Below are positions 1 to 10,676 of a DNA stretch of 64,000 nt, in pieces. The stretch comes from Syntrophorhabdaceae bacterium. GTDB taxonomy: Bacteria > Desulfobacterota > Syntrophorhabdia > Syntrophorhabdales > Syntrophorhabdaceae. The position numbers and the translations under genes were made by a program. Where the stretch lies: NCBI GenBank assembly GCA_963665295.1, contig OY762209.1:576001-640000 (forward strand), in the 5' to 3' direction. The notes beneath the pieces are model-generated. The model was given only the letters and a program-made list of their open reading frames with translations, did no database searches and was not told the DNA's origin. Every line of letters begins with the position of its first letter. Position 1 is the stretch's first letter.

Positions 1-1007
1 GACAGGGACGGGAACAGGGACGATCACCAGTTCCCCGGAGGGCATCACTTGCGGAAGCACCTGCTCGTACGCTTACGCGGAAGGCACGAAAGTAACCCTC
101 ACCGCAGAGGCGGACGCTGATTGTGCATTTCAGGAATGGACGGGCTGTGCCTCCGTGAGCGGGACCACCTGTACCGTTACCATGACCTCCGATGCGACGG
201 TAACCGCCAGATTCGGCCACAACGCGACCCTCAAGGTGACCAAAACAGGTAACGGCGCAGGCTCCATCACGAGTTCCCCTGCGGGTATCAGTTGTGGAGA
301 TACGTGTTCGTACATATATGGGCCGGGCGCCGCGGTCATCCTCACCGCTACTGCGGGCTCAGGGTCAAGGTTCCAATCGTGGAGCGGATGTCCATCGCCG
401 AACGGGTCCTTTTGCACCGCCGTCATGAGCGCCGACACGGCGGTTACCGCACAGTTTGCTCTGGTGAAGACCCTCACCTGTCACGAAGTCCGATCCGGCA
501 AAAGGCGGAAAAATCCACGGCAGCACCGGCATCGATTGCGCGGGCCCTTGCCGCCGGGCGAGCGATGCCTACCTTCTGGGACAGGCAGTGACCCTCAACG
601 CGAGTTCGCGGCCCCAATCCGATTTCCTGTACTGGACGGGTGACTGCGCCCTCGAGGGGCACAACACCCGATGCAACGTCGTGATGAGCCGGGATATCTC
701 GGTGGGTGCGGTCTTCGTGCCTTCAGCCACACGGAAGGTCACCCTGAAGGTAACCAAGGGGAGGTCGAATGGTGGAACCGGCCGGGTCGAGAGCGATGAC
801 GGCAGTATCACCTGCGGCGGCACATGCAGCAACTCCTATCATGCGGGCGCGCCCGTCGTGTTGTCGGCTGTTGCGGATGGGGGAAGCACGTTCATCGGCT
901 GGAAACCGGACTCCCTCGGCTGCGCCGGCACAGCCCCGTGCGTCGTGACCATGGAGGAAGCCCTTACCGTGACCGCCGTATTCGGCAAATCAGAGGAGGG
1001 ACAGTGA
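1..1007 (+). pseudogene. 3' part of a surface protein with tandem divergent InlB B-repeat domains; +1 frameshift near 479; 5' end outside the window
   Basis: Repeated units such as TGxGxGxITSSPxGIxCGxTC...VTLTA...FxxWxGC...CTVTM...TVTAxF run in frame 2 up to ~478 and continue in frame 3 from 480 (VTKSDPAKGGKIHGSTGIDC...) to the stop at 1007. Confidence 0.75.
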
Positions 1008-1018
1008 AGAAGACTATC

Positions 1019-1378
1019 CTACCTCGCCGCGGCCCCCTTATCCGACAATTTGCCCGCGAAGCGACCGATCACGGGCAGGCGGAACCTTTCTCCCTTGAAG
1101 GCTTTCCACATGAGGGTGGCCCAGAGGGCGACCCCTACGAACCAGAGGCAGGACGCCAGGAGGAACCCCACGCCGGGGATTGAGACCAGGATAATCATTA
1201 CCACCATCAAACCCAGGAACGTGATCAATGACTGCATGGCGTGAAACCGGACAAAAGAGCTGTTCTTCTCCATGACCAGGAAGATGATGCCCGTCACCCA
1301 ACCAAAACTGTAGCAAAGAAGCGCCTCGAAGCTCTCGTCCATTCCAAGGGATGTCTCCTGCCTCGTATCCTCTTCCAT
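1019..1378 (-). CDS. DUF4870-family small membrane protein
   Basis: MEEDTRQETSLGMDESFEALLCYSFGWVTGIIFLVMEKNSSFVRFHAMQS motif; AGGGGG RBS before the ATG at 1378. Confidence 0.85.
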   Translation of the reverse strand: MEEDTRQETSLGMDESFEALLCYSFGWVTGIIFLVMEKNSSFVRFHAMQSLITFLGLMVVMIILVSIPGVGFLLASCLWFVGVALWATLMWKAFKGERFRLPVIGRFAGKLSDKGAAAR

Positions 1379-1562
1379 ATTGTTCCCCCTTATATATGAA
1401 TCTCTATGTTGAGAAGGGTAAGTAAAAGGGACCGCCCTTGTCAATACAAATATGGGGCACGGCCGGAGCCTTTGCGGCGCCGTAGCCGCATCTCCATATT
1501 CCGGTTGAGGTTTCGGAACGTTTTGCCTATAGTATAGCAATTACACGCCAAAGGAGGATAAT

Positions 1563-2678
1563 ATGTCTCAATGGGAACTGGTTCTGGATCATGATTACCG
1601 CTGCGGCTCCAGCGAAGATCGATCAATGAATGGCCATGACGGCATTTCCAATGCACCTGTCGAAGAGATGGCAGGGAAGAAAGGGTTTATCTTTTCCAAT
1701 GCCCGAAAAACGCTTATGGTGCCCTTCTGGGAAAACACACAGAAGGTCCCCGGTGTCCGCGTGGAGGTGGACTGTCTCTTCGGCCGCAGAGGGCCCCTGA
1801 TGACGGCATCCAACAGGAACATCGTCAATTCCTTTGGTTGCTTCTTCATCGGGGTCAACGCGGGGGACCATTTATTTGTCTCCATAGGCCGGGGCGGACC
1901 CGACTCTTCCCTCGGGCTGGAGCAGAAGGTGCCCCTCGACAAATGGGTAAAGGTGACCTTCGAGTATACCCCCTTCGGACAGGCGCGGCTCTCTTTGGAT
2001 AACGTCTCCACCGAGCGGCAGGGCCTGGGGTTCTCATTTCCGTGGTTAAGCAGGGCGGGTATCGAAATCGGCGGCATCACCCTGCAGGGCAGGGGCGCTT
2101 TCCCTTCGGCTATGTGCATAGGGGCTGTACGAATATACCGGCCCATGCCCGTGTCTCTGCCCCTGGTGTTCACGAAGGACAACAAACTTACCGATAAACA
2201 GCGCAAGGCGTCGGATGAACTCACCAGGTTTCTCTCCGATCCCACGATAAAAAAACAGATGACCAAGTACCGCGACGGGCTCGTGGCGGCCCTCAGGGAA
2301 CTGGTGATATCCGGCTGCAGGAACAAGCCTCACCTTGCGAAAGAGATGCGGCTCCTCGGCGCAAAATTCACGGAGGTTGTCGATAAAAGGCAGAAGAAGG
2401 GACCGGGTTCAGTCACGGCTGAAATGGCGGACCTTGCCACGAAGATGATGACTCTCCTTAAAACGGAAATCCCCCGGGAGGAACGGACGGCGGCGATCAG
2501 GAAGTTTTCGGACTGGGAAAAACGCAACCCCGCGCCGGAGAGCGTCCTCAAAACACGGGCGTCCGCGAAGGTTATAGACCCGGAAGTCTTCAAGATAGAG
2601 ACGTCATTCCGCTCGGCCATAAAGCAACATATCCTGTCCGACATACCAGAAAACCTCTGGCCGGGCGAATACAAATAA
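1563..2678 (+). CDS. Hypothetical protein with a LamG/concanavalin-like beta-sandwich N-terminus and a helical C-terminus
   Basis: AAGGAGG RBS; DRSMNGHDG...VPLDKWVKVTFEY...ARLSLD...IEIGG pattern resembles LamG-like domains. Confidence 0.65.
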   Translation: MSQWELVLDHDYRCGSSEDRSMNGHDGISNAPVEEMAGKKGFIFSNARKTLMVPFWENTQKVPGVRVEVDCLFGRRGPLMTASNRNIVNSFGCFFIGVNAGDHLFVSIGRGGPDSSLGLEQKVPLDKWVKVTFEYTPFGQARLSLDNVSTERQGLGFSFPWLSRAGIEIGGITLQGRGAFPSAMCIGAVRIYRPMPVSLPLVFTKDNKLTDKQRKASDELTRFLSDPTIKKQMTKYRDGLVAALRELVISGCRNKPHLAKEMRLLGAKFTEVVDKRQKKGPGSVTAEMADLATKMMTLLKTEIPREERTAAIRKFSDWEKRNPAPESVLKTRASAKVIDPEVFKIETSFRSAIKQHILSDIPENLWPGEYK

Positions 2679-2705
2679 TTCAAGAGAACATTACGGAGGA
2701 TTGCC

Positions 2706-4013
2706 ATGAATGATCAGGAAGTCAAAGATCTTGCCCTTCAATATCTGCCCATATTCTATTTCCACGAAAATGAACATTTCGGCCCCATGAGATTCGATGA
2801 ATTCGTCGGATCGTGCAAGCTGTGGCAGGACGACAACGACACGGAATGGTTCGGCGAGTCTCTCACACCCGTACAGCAGGAAGGCGCCATGGACATGGAC
2901 GTGCTCATGGCGATGAACAACAACGCGGACAAACCGAGAGAACTCTTCCTTGACTACGCCGGGTGGGGTGATGGCGGGCTTGATTTTATCAGGCACGAGG
3001 AGTGCAATCCCGACGGGGCCTTCGCCAAATACGGCGGCATAAATCTGCCCCGCAATTTCCATCTTTACGCCCACATTGCGCCGGGAGAGGCATTCATAAG
3101 CCAGTCGAAGCTTGTGGATACGATACAATACTACAAGGACCAAGGTTACTATAACGAAGCGACGAGGGTCAAGATTGTCGCCAATATGGAAAAGATATTC
3201 CGGAAATTCATGGCCCTGAGCTACGCCCCCTTCTACTGCATGCAGGACAGTCCCCGTTTCGGCGGGATGGACTATCATGAAGGCGACCTGGAGGATGCCG
3301 TTACCATTATCTTCAATTACAAGGCAAGGTTGGACCAGGACCATTCACCGAGATATGTGGCTTACAAGAGGCACGGCATCCAGATAAGCTCGGATTTCGA
3401 CATGATGGCGTGGGACGGGGAAGTAAAGACGGCCGACGGATATGACGAAGTCGAACGGACCGGAGACCACCCCCACGCATGGGTAGCCGGGGGCAGCCAC
3501 GCGACATATCCGAAAAGGGGATACTATTCGCGGAGGGGTATCCCGCAGGAGGTGTTCGATTATTACTGGTACGTAGACCCCCTGACATCGTGCGCCCTCT
3601 TTATCACCCACCTCGTGCTGGAGTACCTGGACATCCCGGACGTTGCCCGCTGGTCCCTTTCCGATGACGACGATGCCACGGGCGGAGGAAAGACCGTCGG
3701 GGAAGCGGGGGGTAACGCCGACTGGAAGGAAGACGAGATTGAAGTCATAGACAGGTTCAACAACAAGGCGCCGCGGTGGTGGGACGGCTACAAAGGCCGC
3801 ATGGGCCTGAAAGTGAAAAAGACCCTTCGGAAAAAGCACACGAGCGGACCCCAGCAGGGCAGTGGGCCGGTTTGTCTCATAGGTGAAAACGCCATGGACA
3901 GGGCGGTTTTCCGGGACCTGTGTAAAGACGATGCCACGAGGCAGGCGCTGCTGGATGCGATGACGAAGGAAGCAATGGAGCGGGTCCGTGAAATCGCGGG
4001 CATTCCTCTATAG
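2706..4013 (+). CDS. Vps62/NPP1-like hypothetical protein
   Basis: GGAGG RBS; motifs YLPIFYFHENEHFGP, YHEGDLE and GDHPHAWVAGGSHATY. Confidence 0.65.
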   Translation: MNDQEVKDLALQYLPIFYFHENEHFGPMRFDEFVGSCKLWQDDNDTEWFGESLTPVQQEGAMDMDVLMAMNNNADKPRELFLDYAGWGDGGLDFIRHEECNPDGAFAKYGGINLPRNFHLYAHIAPGEAFISQSKLVDTIQYYKDQGYYNEATRVKIVANMEKIFRKFMALSYAPFYCMQDSPRFGGMDYHEGDLEDAVTIIFNYKARLDQDHSPRYVAYKRHGIQISSDFDMMAWDGEVKTADGYDEVERTGDHPHAWVAGGSHATYPKRGYYSRRGIPQEVFDYYWYVDPLTSCALFITHLVLEYLDIPDVARWSLSDDDDATGGGKTVGEAGGNADWKEDEIEVIDRFNNKAPRWWDGYKGRMGLKVKKTLRKKHTSGPQQGSGPVCLIGENAMDRAVFRDLCKDDATRQALLDAMTKEAMERVREIAGIPL

Positions 4014-4111
4014 ACGTTGTTGTCTCGGCCCCGCGCAGCCTGCCCGTATCGGCGGGGCTGCGCGGGGACATGGGCGAACAGGGCAAACCATTCCCCCGCG
4101 CCCCTGTCCGG

Positions 4112-5380
4112 TCACTCCCGGTTTCCTGTTTCAACGGTTGTGGCCGCTTTGATCTTCACCACCGCCTTCGGATCGTACATCTTCTCCCTGATGAACATGC
4201 CCGGGAGAAACGTGGCAATCAGGTACGCAATTCCGCAGGTGGCAATGCCCGCGCCGATGGAATAATCCGTGGCCATCCAGCCGATAAATGCGGGAGAGAT
4301 GATGGAGCCGATCCGGCCGATATTATAGGAAGTGGACATGGCGGTCCCGCGAACGGCCGTGGGGAAACTCTCGGTGAGATAGGTGGCGTTTATCGCATAA
4401 AGGGCGCCATAGAGGCCTCCGAAGATCAGCAGGAGGAAGGCGACGTTGGATTTGTCGGCAAAGAACATGATGAGCGGGATGGCTGCGGTGATGCCGAGCC
4501 CGGTGAAAACCCATGTGATCCGCCGGCCGAAGCGGTCGGCCAGCAGGCCCACCACGGGCTTCGAGAGAATCCCCATGGCGTAACTCGCGGCGAGAAACCA
4601 CCCCATGTCTTTCAGGGTCACGCCCAGGTCTCTGACCAGGTAACTCGGAAGCCATGTATTCGCCCCATAGTACCCGAACTGGAGACACACGGCGGTGCCG
4701 CTCCAAAGCAGAAAAGTCCCCCGCGTGGCCTTGTTGTCCCAGATGAGGGCAAATTCGTTCTTCTTTTTTCCGTTCCTCCGCGCCGCTTCGCGGGCAGCAA
4801 ACCAGCTCGGCGGATCGGAAATGCCCCGCATCAACGCAAGGCAGGCGACGCCGGGGATAACGGCCAGGACGAACATGGGCCGCCAACCCCAGGTGGGCAT
4901 CACGACGCCGGAAATCAAGGCCGCAAGGACATAGCCCATGGACCAGCCCGCCATCACGATGCTGAGAGCCGTGGTTCTCACTCTTGTGGGGACATACTCG
5001 GATACCAGCAGGTTGCCGATACTGTAGACCGCAGCGAGTCCGAGACCGGAAGTGATACGCATGACCGCGATTTGCCAATATTCGTGGCAAAACCCGATGA
5101 CACCCGTACATAATGAAAATACGAGGATAGACCACCACGTCACCCGGACCCGGCCGAACCGGTCGGCCATCCAGCCCGCTCCCATGCCCCCGATCCCCAT
5201 GCCGATAAGCGTGCAGGTTCCGAGCATCCCGGCTGAAACGGGTGAAATCTTCAGTTCTTTCATGAAACCGGGCAGGGCCAGCGCCAGTATCTGAAGATCG
5301 AAACCGTCCACGACCATGGCAAGAACGATGGTCCCTGTCAGCATCACGGCCTTCTTGTCAATTCTCTCTTTGGCCTCCAA
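4112..5380 (-). CDS. MFS transporter, aromatic acid:H+ symporter-like
   Basis: DGFDLQ, GWMADRFGRVR, SEYVPTRVR and TESFPTAVRGT motifs; many hydrophobic segments; probable TTG start at 5380 after a GGGGG RBS. Confidence 0.9.
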   Translation of the reverse strand: MEAKERIDKKAVMLTGTIVLAMVVDGFDLQILALALPGFMKELKISPVSAGMLGTCTLIGMGIGGMGAGWMADRFGRVRVTWWSILVFSLCTGVIGFCHEYWQIAVMRITSGLGLAAVYSIGNLLVSEYVPTRVRTTALSIVMAGWSMGYVLAALISGVVMPTWGWRPMFVLAVIPGVACLALMRGISDPPSWFAAREAARRNGKKKNEFALIWDNKATRGTFLLWSGTAVCLQFGYYGANTWLPSYLVRDLGVTLKDMGWFLAASYAMGILSKPVVGLLADRFGRRITWVFTGLGITAAIPLIMFFADKSNVAFLLLIFGGLYGALYAINATYLTESFPTAVRGTAMSTSYNIGRIGSIISPAFIGWMATDYSIGAGIATCGIAYLIATFLPGMFIREKMYDPKAVVKIKAATTVETGNRE

Positions 5381-5585
5381 TCTTCCCCCTTCCCGCGCAC
5401 GGGAAATAAGGCGCTGCCCCATGGAGAACTATCGGAATTACCTGCCCTCCCGATGAGGGACTCCATCTCCGGATAGATGAGATCATGCCTCATATTTATG
5501 TTGATATCAACCTTATTCGCAGGGTGCGCGGCACGGACAATGCCGCCTAACCCGGCACGGCGCCGGTTTAAGGATAAATTCCGGC

Positions 5586-5613
5586 TTGACAAATACCGCT
5601 CCTCTGTTAAAAT
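5586..5613 (+). promoter_or_regulatory. sigma70-type promoter of adc
   Basis: TTGACA-16nt-TAAAAT with an extended -10 TG. Confidence 0.55.
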
Positions 5614-5734
5614 GAACCGGGGCAAGAGGGATGAGATTGCCACCAGGAATATCTCCGGCGCGGTCATGACCGTATTTTCTCATAACCTGCCGGTTGATCG
5701 CTACGGCTTGAATACTGCCGACAAAGGAGGAAGT

Positions 5735-6484
5735 ATGAAAATCGATGAAGTGAAGAAGAGTGTGGCCATGCCCGTTACGAGCCCGTCCTTTCCGCCCGGG
5801 CCGACCCGGTTCCGCAACCGCGAGTTCCTGATCATCGATTATGAAACGGACATGGATGCGCTCAGGGCCGTTGTGCCCGAACCCCTCGAAGTAGACAAGC
5901 CGGTGGTGAGGTATGAGTTCATCAGGATGCCGGATTCGGACGGTTTCGGCTCCTATAACGAGTCGGGACAGGTTATCCCGGTACGATTCAATGGTAAGGC
6001 AGGGAGCTATGTCCATGCCATGTACCTTGACGACGTGTCGCCCATCGTGGGCGGCAGGGAATTGTGGGGATTTCCGAAAAAATATGCGCACCCGGAAATG
6101 CACGTGGACCGGATCAACAAGGACTGCTATGTGGCGGCCCTGAAATACGGAGAACTGGAAGTGGTCCGCGCCACCATGGCGTACAAATGGCAGCGGCTGG
6201 ACAAGGACGCCCTCGGTGAAGCGGTAGCCGCTACCCCGAACTTCCTGCTCAAAATCATTCCCGATGTGGACAACACCCCGAAGATCTGCCAGCTCGTGCG
6301 ATACTTTATCGTGGACCTCACCGTAAAGGAAGCCTGGACCGGACCAGCGTCCCTGCAACTGTTCTCCCATTGCATGGCCCCTGTGGCGGACCTGCCTATC
6401 AAGCGCGTCACGGGCGCCGTCCATTTTATCGCGGACCTGACCCTCGGATTGGGGGATGTAGCCTACGACTATCTGAAAGAATAG
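5735..6484 (+). CDS. adc: Acetoacetate decarboxylase
   Basis: [18 protein letters not shown]; Schiff-base motif [22 protein letters not shown] before the ATG at 5735. Confidence 0.9.
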   Translation: MKIDEVKKSVAMPVTSPSFPPGPTRFRNREFLIIDYETDMDALRAVVPEPLEVDKPVVRYEFIRMPDSDGFGSYNESGQVIPVRFNGKAGSYVHAMYLDDVSPIVGGRELWGFPKKYAHPEMHVDRINKDCYVAALKYGELEVVRATMAYKWQRLDKDALGEAVAATPNFLLKIIPDVDNTPKICQLVRYFIVDLTVKEAWTGPASLQLFSHCMAPVADLPIKRVTGAVHFIADLTLGLGDVAYDYLKE

Positions 6485-6524
6485 AGGCCGACCAAGGGAA
6501 CTCCTCCGGCCCGATCCATTGCCC

Positions 6525-7454
6525 TCAGGCGTTCCCTTTATCCTTTTCCAGGAAATGGCGCAGGGTCTCATTCCTGAGTCTCACCATCTTTTCCTTCATC
6601 TCCGGAGTCCAGTCATAGAACCCCTTGCCCGACTTCAGACCGAGGTTGCCATCCTCCACCAGCTTTTGCATCAATTTGGAGGGCTCCGATGCCCTCGACA
6701 AATCGGCGAAAAGGTACGTGGATATGATGTGGAATATGTCGAGGCCACCCATGTCCGCGCTCAGGAAGGGACCGGTCACGGGAAGACGCCTGCCGTGGCC
6801 GTATATGATCGATTTATCCACCTCCTCGACATCCGCATAGCCCTGTTCCACGATGTAAAGGGCCTCCCTCAAAAGGGCCAGTTGGAGCCTGTTGCCTATA
6901 AAACCGGGGCACTCTTTATTCATGCGGACCGGCTGCTTGCCCAGGGCCTTCACCCATTCCATGGTCCTGTCCATAACCTCCCCGGACGTCTTTTCGCCGG
7001 GCACAACCTCCACAAGGGGAATGAGTTGGGGTGGGTTCCAGAAATGGGCGACCACGACCCTTTCCGGATGGTTCAGACCCTTTGCGATGGCGGTAGGACT
7101 CAATCCGGACGTGTTTGTCGCAAGGATGACGTCAGGAGGCCGAATCTCGTCCAGTTCTTTAAAAACCTTCTGCTTGAACTCAAGGTTTTCGGGCAGACAT
7201 TCCATAACGAGATCAGCGGACCCGGCTGCCTCGCGGATCGACGTCACGCATGTGATCCTCTCCATTACCGCTGAGACGCCGTCCCCGGGCAGCGCCATTC
7301 CGTTGAGGCTTTCCCTGATCATGTTCAGTGCCCTTTCAAGCAACTCCTGAGAGACATCGCACAACACCACGCGCCGGGAAGCGAGCGCCCCAAGCTCCGC
7401 GATGCCATGCCCCATCGTTCCCGCACCCAATACCGCAACATTTCTGATTTCCAT
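6525..7454 (-). CDS. 3-hydroxyacyl-CoA (3-hydroxybutyryl-CoA) dehydrogenase
   Basis: GAGTMGHGIA Rossmann motif, ATNTS, HFWNPP, PGFIGNRL, GxKSGKGFY. Confidence 0.92.
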   Translation of the reverse strand: MEIRNVAVLGAGTMGHGIAELGALASRRVVLCDVSQELLERALNMIRESLNGMALPGDGVSAVMERITCVTSIREAAGSADLVMECLPENLEFKQKVFKELDEIRPPDVILATNTSGLSPTAIAKGLNHPERVVVAHFWNPPQLIPLVEVVPGEKTSGEVMDRTMEWVKALGKQPVRMNKECPGFIGNRLQLALLREALYIVEQGYADVEEVDKSIIYGHGRRLPVTGPFLSADMGGLDIFHIISTYLFADLSRASEPSKLMQKLVEDGNLGLKSGKGFYDWTPEMKEKMVRLRNETLRHFLEKDKGNA

Positions 7455-7765
7455 GCCACCCTCCCGAAGAACCGGTCCGCCATCCCAACAAACCGGGGAA
7501 AGGTCCAGGCGGTGAGCCTTCCCGGTCTGCGCCAAGCCCTGTACCACGGGCGCCTGAGTCCAGTAAACCTCATCGGGATACTCCTGTCAAGGGCGGCTGC
7601 GGCAAAGGCGGAATTGCCCCGTCGCCCGGATGGCGGGGAGTTCACTGCCCTGAGGTGTTGATGGCGGGGCGGCGGGCGGTTTATAGAGACCACGGGATGA
7701 TTAATTCTGTTGAGCCCCCATGGAAGAAATGTGATACTTAGGTAATGTGAGACTTTGGAGGGGTT

Positions 7766-9478
7766 ATGATAAAGAGGTCGTCAGGTGGGTTCCCGGTTGT
7801 CGCTTCCATGATTCTTTTTTGCGTGAGCTTCATTTTCCATCCTTTTGCGTCGTCGGCAGCCTCCGAAGTCTCTGCCGGGCCTCCCGCCGGTCGGACAACC
7901 GTCCAACTGAAAGGCAATGCGCCGCAGTCCACGGCCCCCGCCGATGAGAAGAAATCCGACTGCAAGTATGTAGGGTCGGCTGCGGGAACCTTTTCGGGCG
8001 ACGACAGCGGCACATGGGACGCTTTTGTCAACAGTGGGTGCAAAATAAGTGGAAGCGGCCATTCAGAGGAAGTAGGGAATTTCACGGTAACGGGCAACGT
8101 GTCGTCGGGGGGCAAGATCCGTATGGTTGCAGGCTCCGCAACGACAGGCGCCGTTTTTGACGGGCAGATTGCCGGTTCCGGGGCAATATCAGGCTCCTGG
8201 CGAAACGCCCTCTGGGCGGAGACCGGTACATTCGAAGGGACTTTCTCGTCCTACGCCATACCGCCCATAGATATCGGAGAAATCAGCTTCAACTGGGGGG
8301 AGGAAAGTTCCGCCATCAATCTGAAGGCCCGCGTCAACAAGGCGGATGTCGCCGTTCCGATTCCTGAATACGTGAAAGGCGCAGCAAGCGAGCCAGCCGC
8401 ATATGTAAGGAATGCGGCGGTGACCATTCAGGCCAGATTTGTGGCTAATAGCCCCTTGAATCAGGTTACCGTGTGGGCGGAGGGAAGCCTTGGCGGGCTT
8501 CCGAAAAAGACGGTTGACTTCGGGGGCGCCACGTCGTCTCCCTCCGTTGACTTCACTGCCTTGAAGAGGCTGCCCAATAAGATCGGCGTAAACAAGATCG
8601 TGTGGAAATGGAAATACATGGGCCTGGACGGCAAGGTCAGGGATATGGGCAAGACCTCTCATGTGGCGTATACCTCCTTCGCAGCGCCACTCTCCACCCC
8701 CGTGTACAAAGAGCTTATGGCCTGGACGGCCGACTGGGCAAGCAATCTGGGCAACGAAAAGCAGATCACCGACGCCATCATCAGGAAACTGGGGCGGTCG
8801 GGGATGCAGTACGGCATGGCGGCCTGGGACACGGCCACCATGCTGGATGCGGGCGGCGGCATGTGCGGCGGATGGTCGCAAATGTTTGCCGACATGGCGG
8901 CGACTCACGGGGTGTTTCTGCACCGGAGGTGCTTTATTCTGCAGAATGACGCAGTCCCATCGCCGGAGGCGAAGTGGCTTTATATCGTCATAAAGGCAGC
9001 GGGCCTGAACAGAAGCGAACCGGCGACCGACCCGTGGAATTGGGGAGACGTGGACAAGAAGTCGGCATACCCCTATCCCCTGTACCTGGGTAACCTTTCC
9101 AAAAAAGATGACGTGAACTACGTAACGGAAAAGAGATGGGCCTTCGCCTCACCCTATGATGGGCATTGCATCGATTTCCTCGAATATGACGGAAAGGTCT
9201 ATCTCTATGACCCCAGTTTCGGCAAGGGTCCGTTCAATAACACCTTCACCTCGGTGCCGAGCGGTTCAATGACGGGGACCGCCCTGAGCACGTTCAGGAC
9301 GAACTACCACGACAAGGCCATCGACTACTTGAGGGGTGTCATTGCATACCGTAGCTGCCGCACCTGTGAGCCCGAGACCGACCCGTCTTTCGAACTGGAC
9401 GTGAAAACGAAGAACATACCGGCCCTGCGTGACCCGGCAACGCCGGAAACATTTGAAATGCACTATATATGGGATTAA
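7766..9478 (+). CDS. Secreted protein with a putative transglutaminase/papain-like Cys-His-Asp domain
   Basis: N-terminal signal peptide; GGMCGGWSQMF ... DGHCIDFLEYDGKVYLYDPSFG. Confidence 0.65.
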   Translation: MIKRSSGGFPVVASMILFCVSFIFHPFASSAASEVSAGPPAGRTTVQLKGNAPQSTAPADEKKSDCKYVGSAAGTFSGDDSGTWDAFVNSGCKISGSGHSEEVGNFTVTGNVSSGGKIRMVAGSATTGAVFDGQIAGSGAISGSWRNALWAETGTFEGTFSSYAIPPIDIGEISFNWGEESSAINLKARVNKADVAVPIPEYVKGAASEPAAYVRNAAVTIQARFVANSPLNQVTVWAEGSLGGLPKKTVDFGGATSSPSVDFTALKRLPNKIGVNKIVWKWKYMGLDGKVRDMGKTSHVAYTSFAAPLSTPVYKELMAWTADWASNLGNEKQITDAIIRKLGRSGMQYGMAAWDTATMLDAGGGMCGGWSQMFADMAATHGVFLHRRCFILQNDAVPSPEAKWLYIVIKAAGLNRSEPATDPWNWGDVDKKSAYPYPLYLGNLSKKDDVNYVTEKRWAFASPYDGHCIDFLEYDGKVYLYDPSFGKGPFNNTFTSVPSGSMTGTALSTFRTNYHDKAIDYLRGVIAYRSCRTCEPETDPSFELDVKTKNIPALRDPATPETFEMHYIWD

Positions 9479-9493
9479 TTACGGGGGATAACC

Positions 9494-9940
9494 ATGAAAA
9501 AAACAATAGCCTGTGTCTGTGTCGGTGCTGCAATCTTCTTTTCCTTTTTCGCGGGTTCCGTTGTGGCTGCCGATAACCCCGGTGTGGACCGGAACTCCGC
9601 GGTCGTCTCCGTCTCCCGATTCCTTCAGGATACGGAGGCGCCGGTGGATTACACCGAGGTCTCCCGGGCCATCCTCCTTCTCGGCCCCGGCAGCGAGGGG
9701 TTGCTCGTGCAGGTATTGAAACGGGAGAAGGCGGTCAAAGTCACTGAAGGGGTCAGGCTTCCAGGGGTCATGAGCCCCCTGGACATGCTCAAGGCAACCG
9801 CCCTCGATGCCCTTGGAGAACTTCGCGCCTATCAGTGTATTAATGAAATGAAAGAGGTGTACCACAAAACCGGAAACGGTACGTTGCGCCGCATAGCGAA
9901 GAAGAATATTGAAGCCCTGGGCGGCTCCGCGGATGAATAG
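9494..9940 (+). CDS. Small secreted helical (HEAT-like) hypothetical protein
   Basis: Signal peptide; ATALDALGEL...LRRIAKKNIEALG; starts 15 bp after the upstream gene with a GGGGGA RBS. Confidence 0.65.
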   Translation: MKKTIACVCVGAAIFFSFFAGSVVAADNPGVDRNSAVVSVSRFLQDTEAPVDYTEVSRAILLLGPGSEGLLVQVLKREKAVKVTEGVRLPGVMSPLDMLKATALDALGELRAYQCINEMKEVYHKTGNGTLRRIAKKNIEALGGSADE

Positions 9941-9981
9941 GCGGCCGGCGATTTCCCCATCGGGCCTTTCGTGAGTCGCCC

Positions 9982-10608
9982 ATGATGTTCGACACTATCC
10001 TGCTTTACGCTATCACGTGCTTTACGGTTACCGTCATTCCAGGCCCCACCATGCTTCTCGCCCTCACCAACGGGACATCCCGAAGATGGCGGGTAGCTGC
10101 CATGGGCATTCTCGGCGCTGCCCTTTCCGACCTGCTTCTCATCGGCGCAGTTTCCATCGGCTTGGGTGCCTTGCTGGCAGCCTCCGAAACCATCTTCTCC
10201 GTGGTCAGATGGGTCGGCGTCTTCTACCTTGCATGGCTCGCGATCCAGTTGTGGCGCAATCAACCTGCCGGGTTGCCGACAGGCTCCGGTTGCCTGCGTC
10301 TGTCGGCGGGGAGAGCCTTTTTCAGGAGTCTCCTGGTGTCGTTGTCGAATCCGAAGGGTTTGCTCTTCTTTTCCGCGTTCCTCCCCCAGTTCATCGACAC
10401 CTCCAAGGCGCAGACGCCTCAGTACCTGCTGCTCGCACTGCTCACGGCAGCAATGGACATCGTGGTAATGGCCTGCTACGCGACCGGCGGCGCCCAAGCC
10501 GCACGGCTTCTTACCGTCAAAGGCCTGCGTCGTTTGAACAGGGGGTGTGCGTCGCTGTTGTTATCGCTCGCCGCTTTCCTGGCGCTCTATCGCAAGTCAA
10601 ATGCGTGA
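9982..10608 (+). CDS. LysE/RhtB family translocator
   Basis: IPGP, YLAWLAIQLW, SNPKGLLFFSAFLPQF. Confidence 0.92.
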   Translation: MMFDTILLYAITCFTVTVIPGPTMLLALTNGTSRRWRVAAMGILGAALSDLLLIGAVSIGLGALLAASETIFSVVRWVGVFYLAWLAIQLWRNQPAGLPTGSGCLRLSAGRAFFRSLLVSLSNPKGLLFFSAFLPQFIDTSKAQTPQYLLLALLTAAMDIVVMACYATGGAQAARLLTVKGLRRLNRGCASLLLSLAAFLALYRKSNA

Positions 10609-10676
10609 CCCCTTGCGCCCGGGGTCGGCTATCCGGTAACATGTACCCGCGGCAAGCCTCAATTCCGTGCCGGTCT

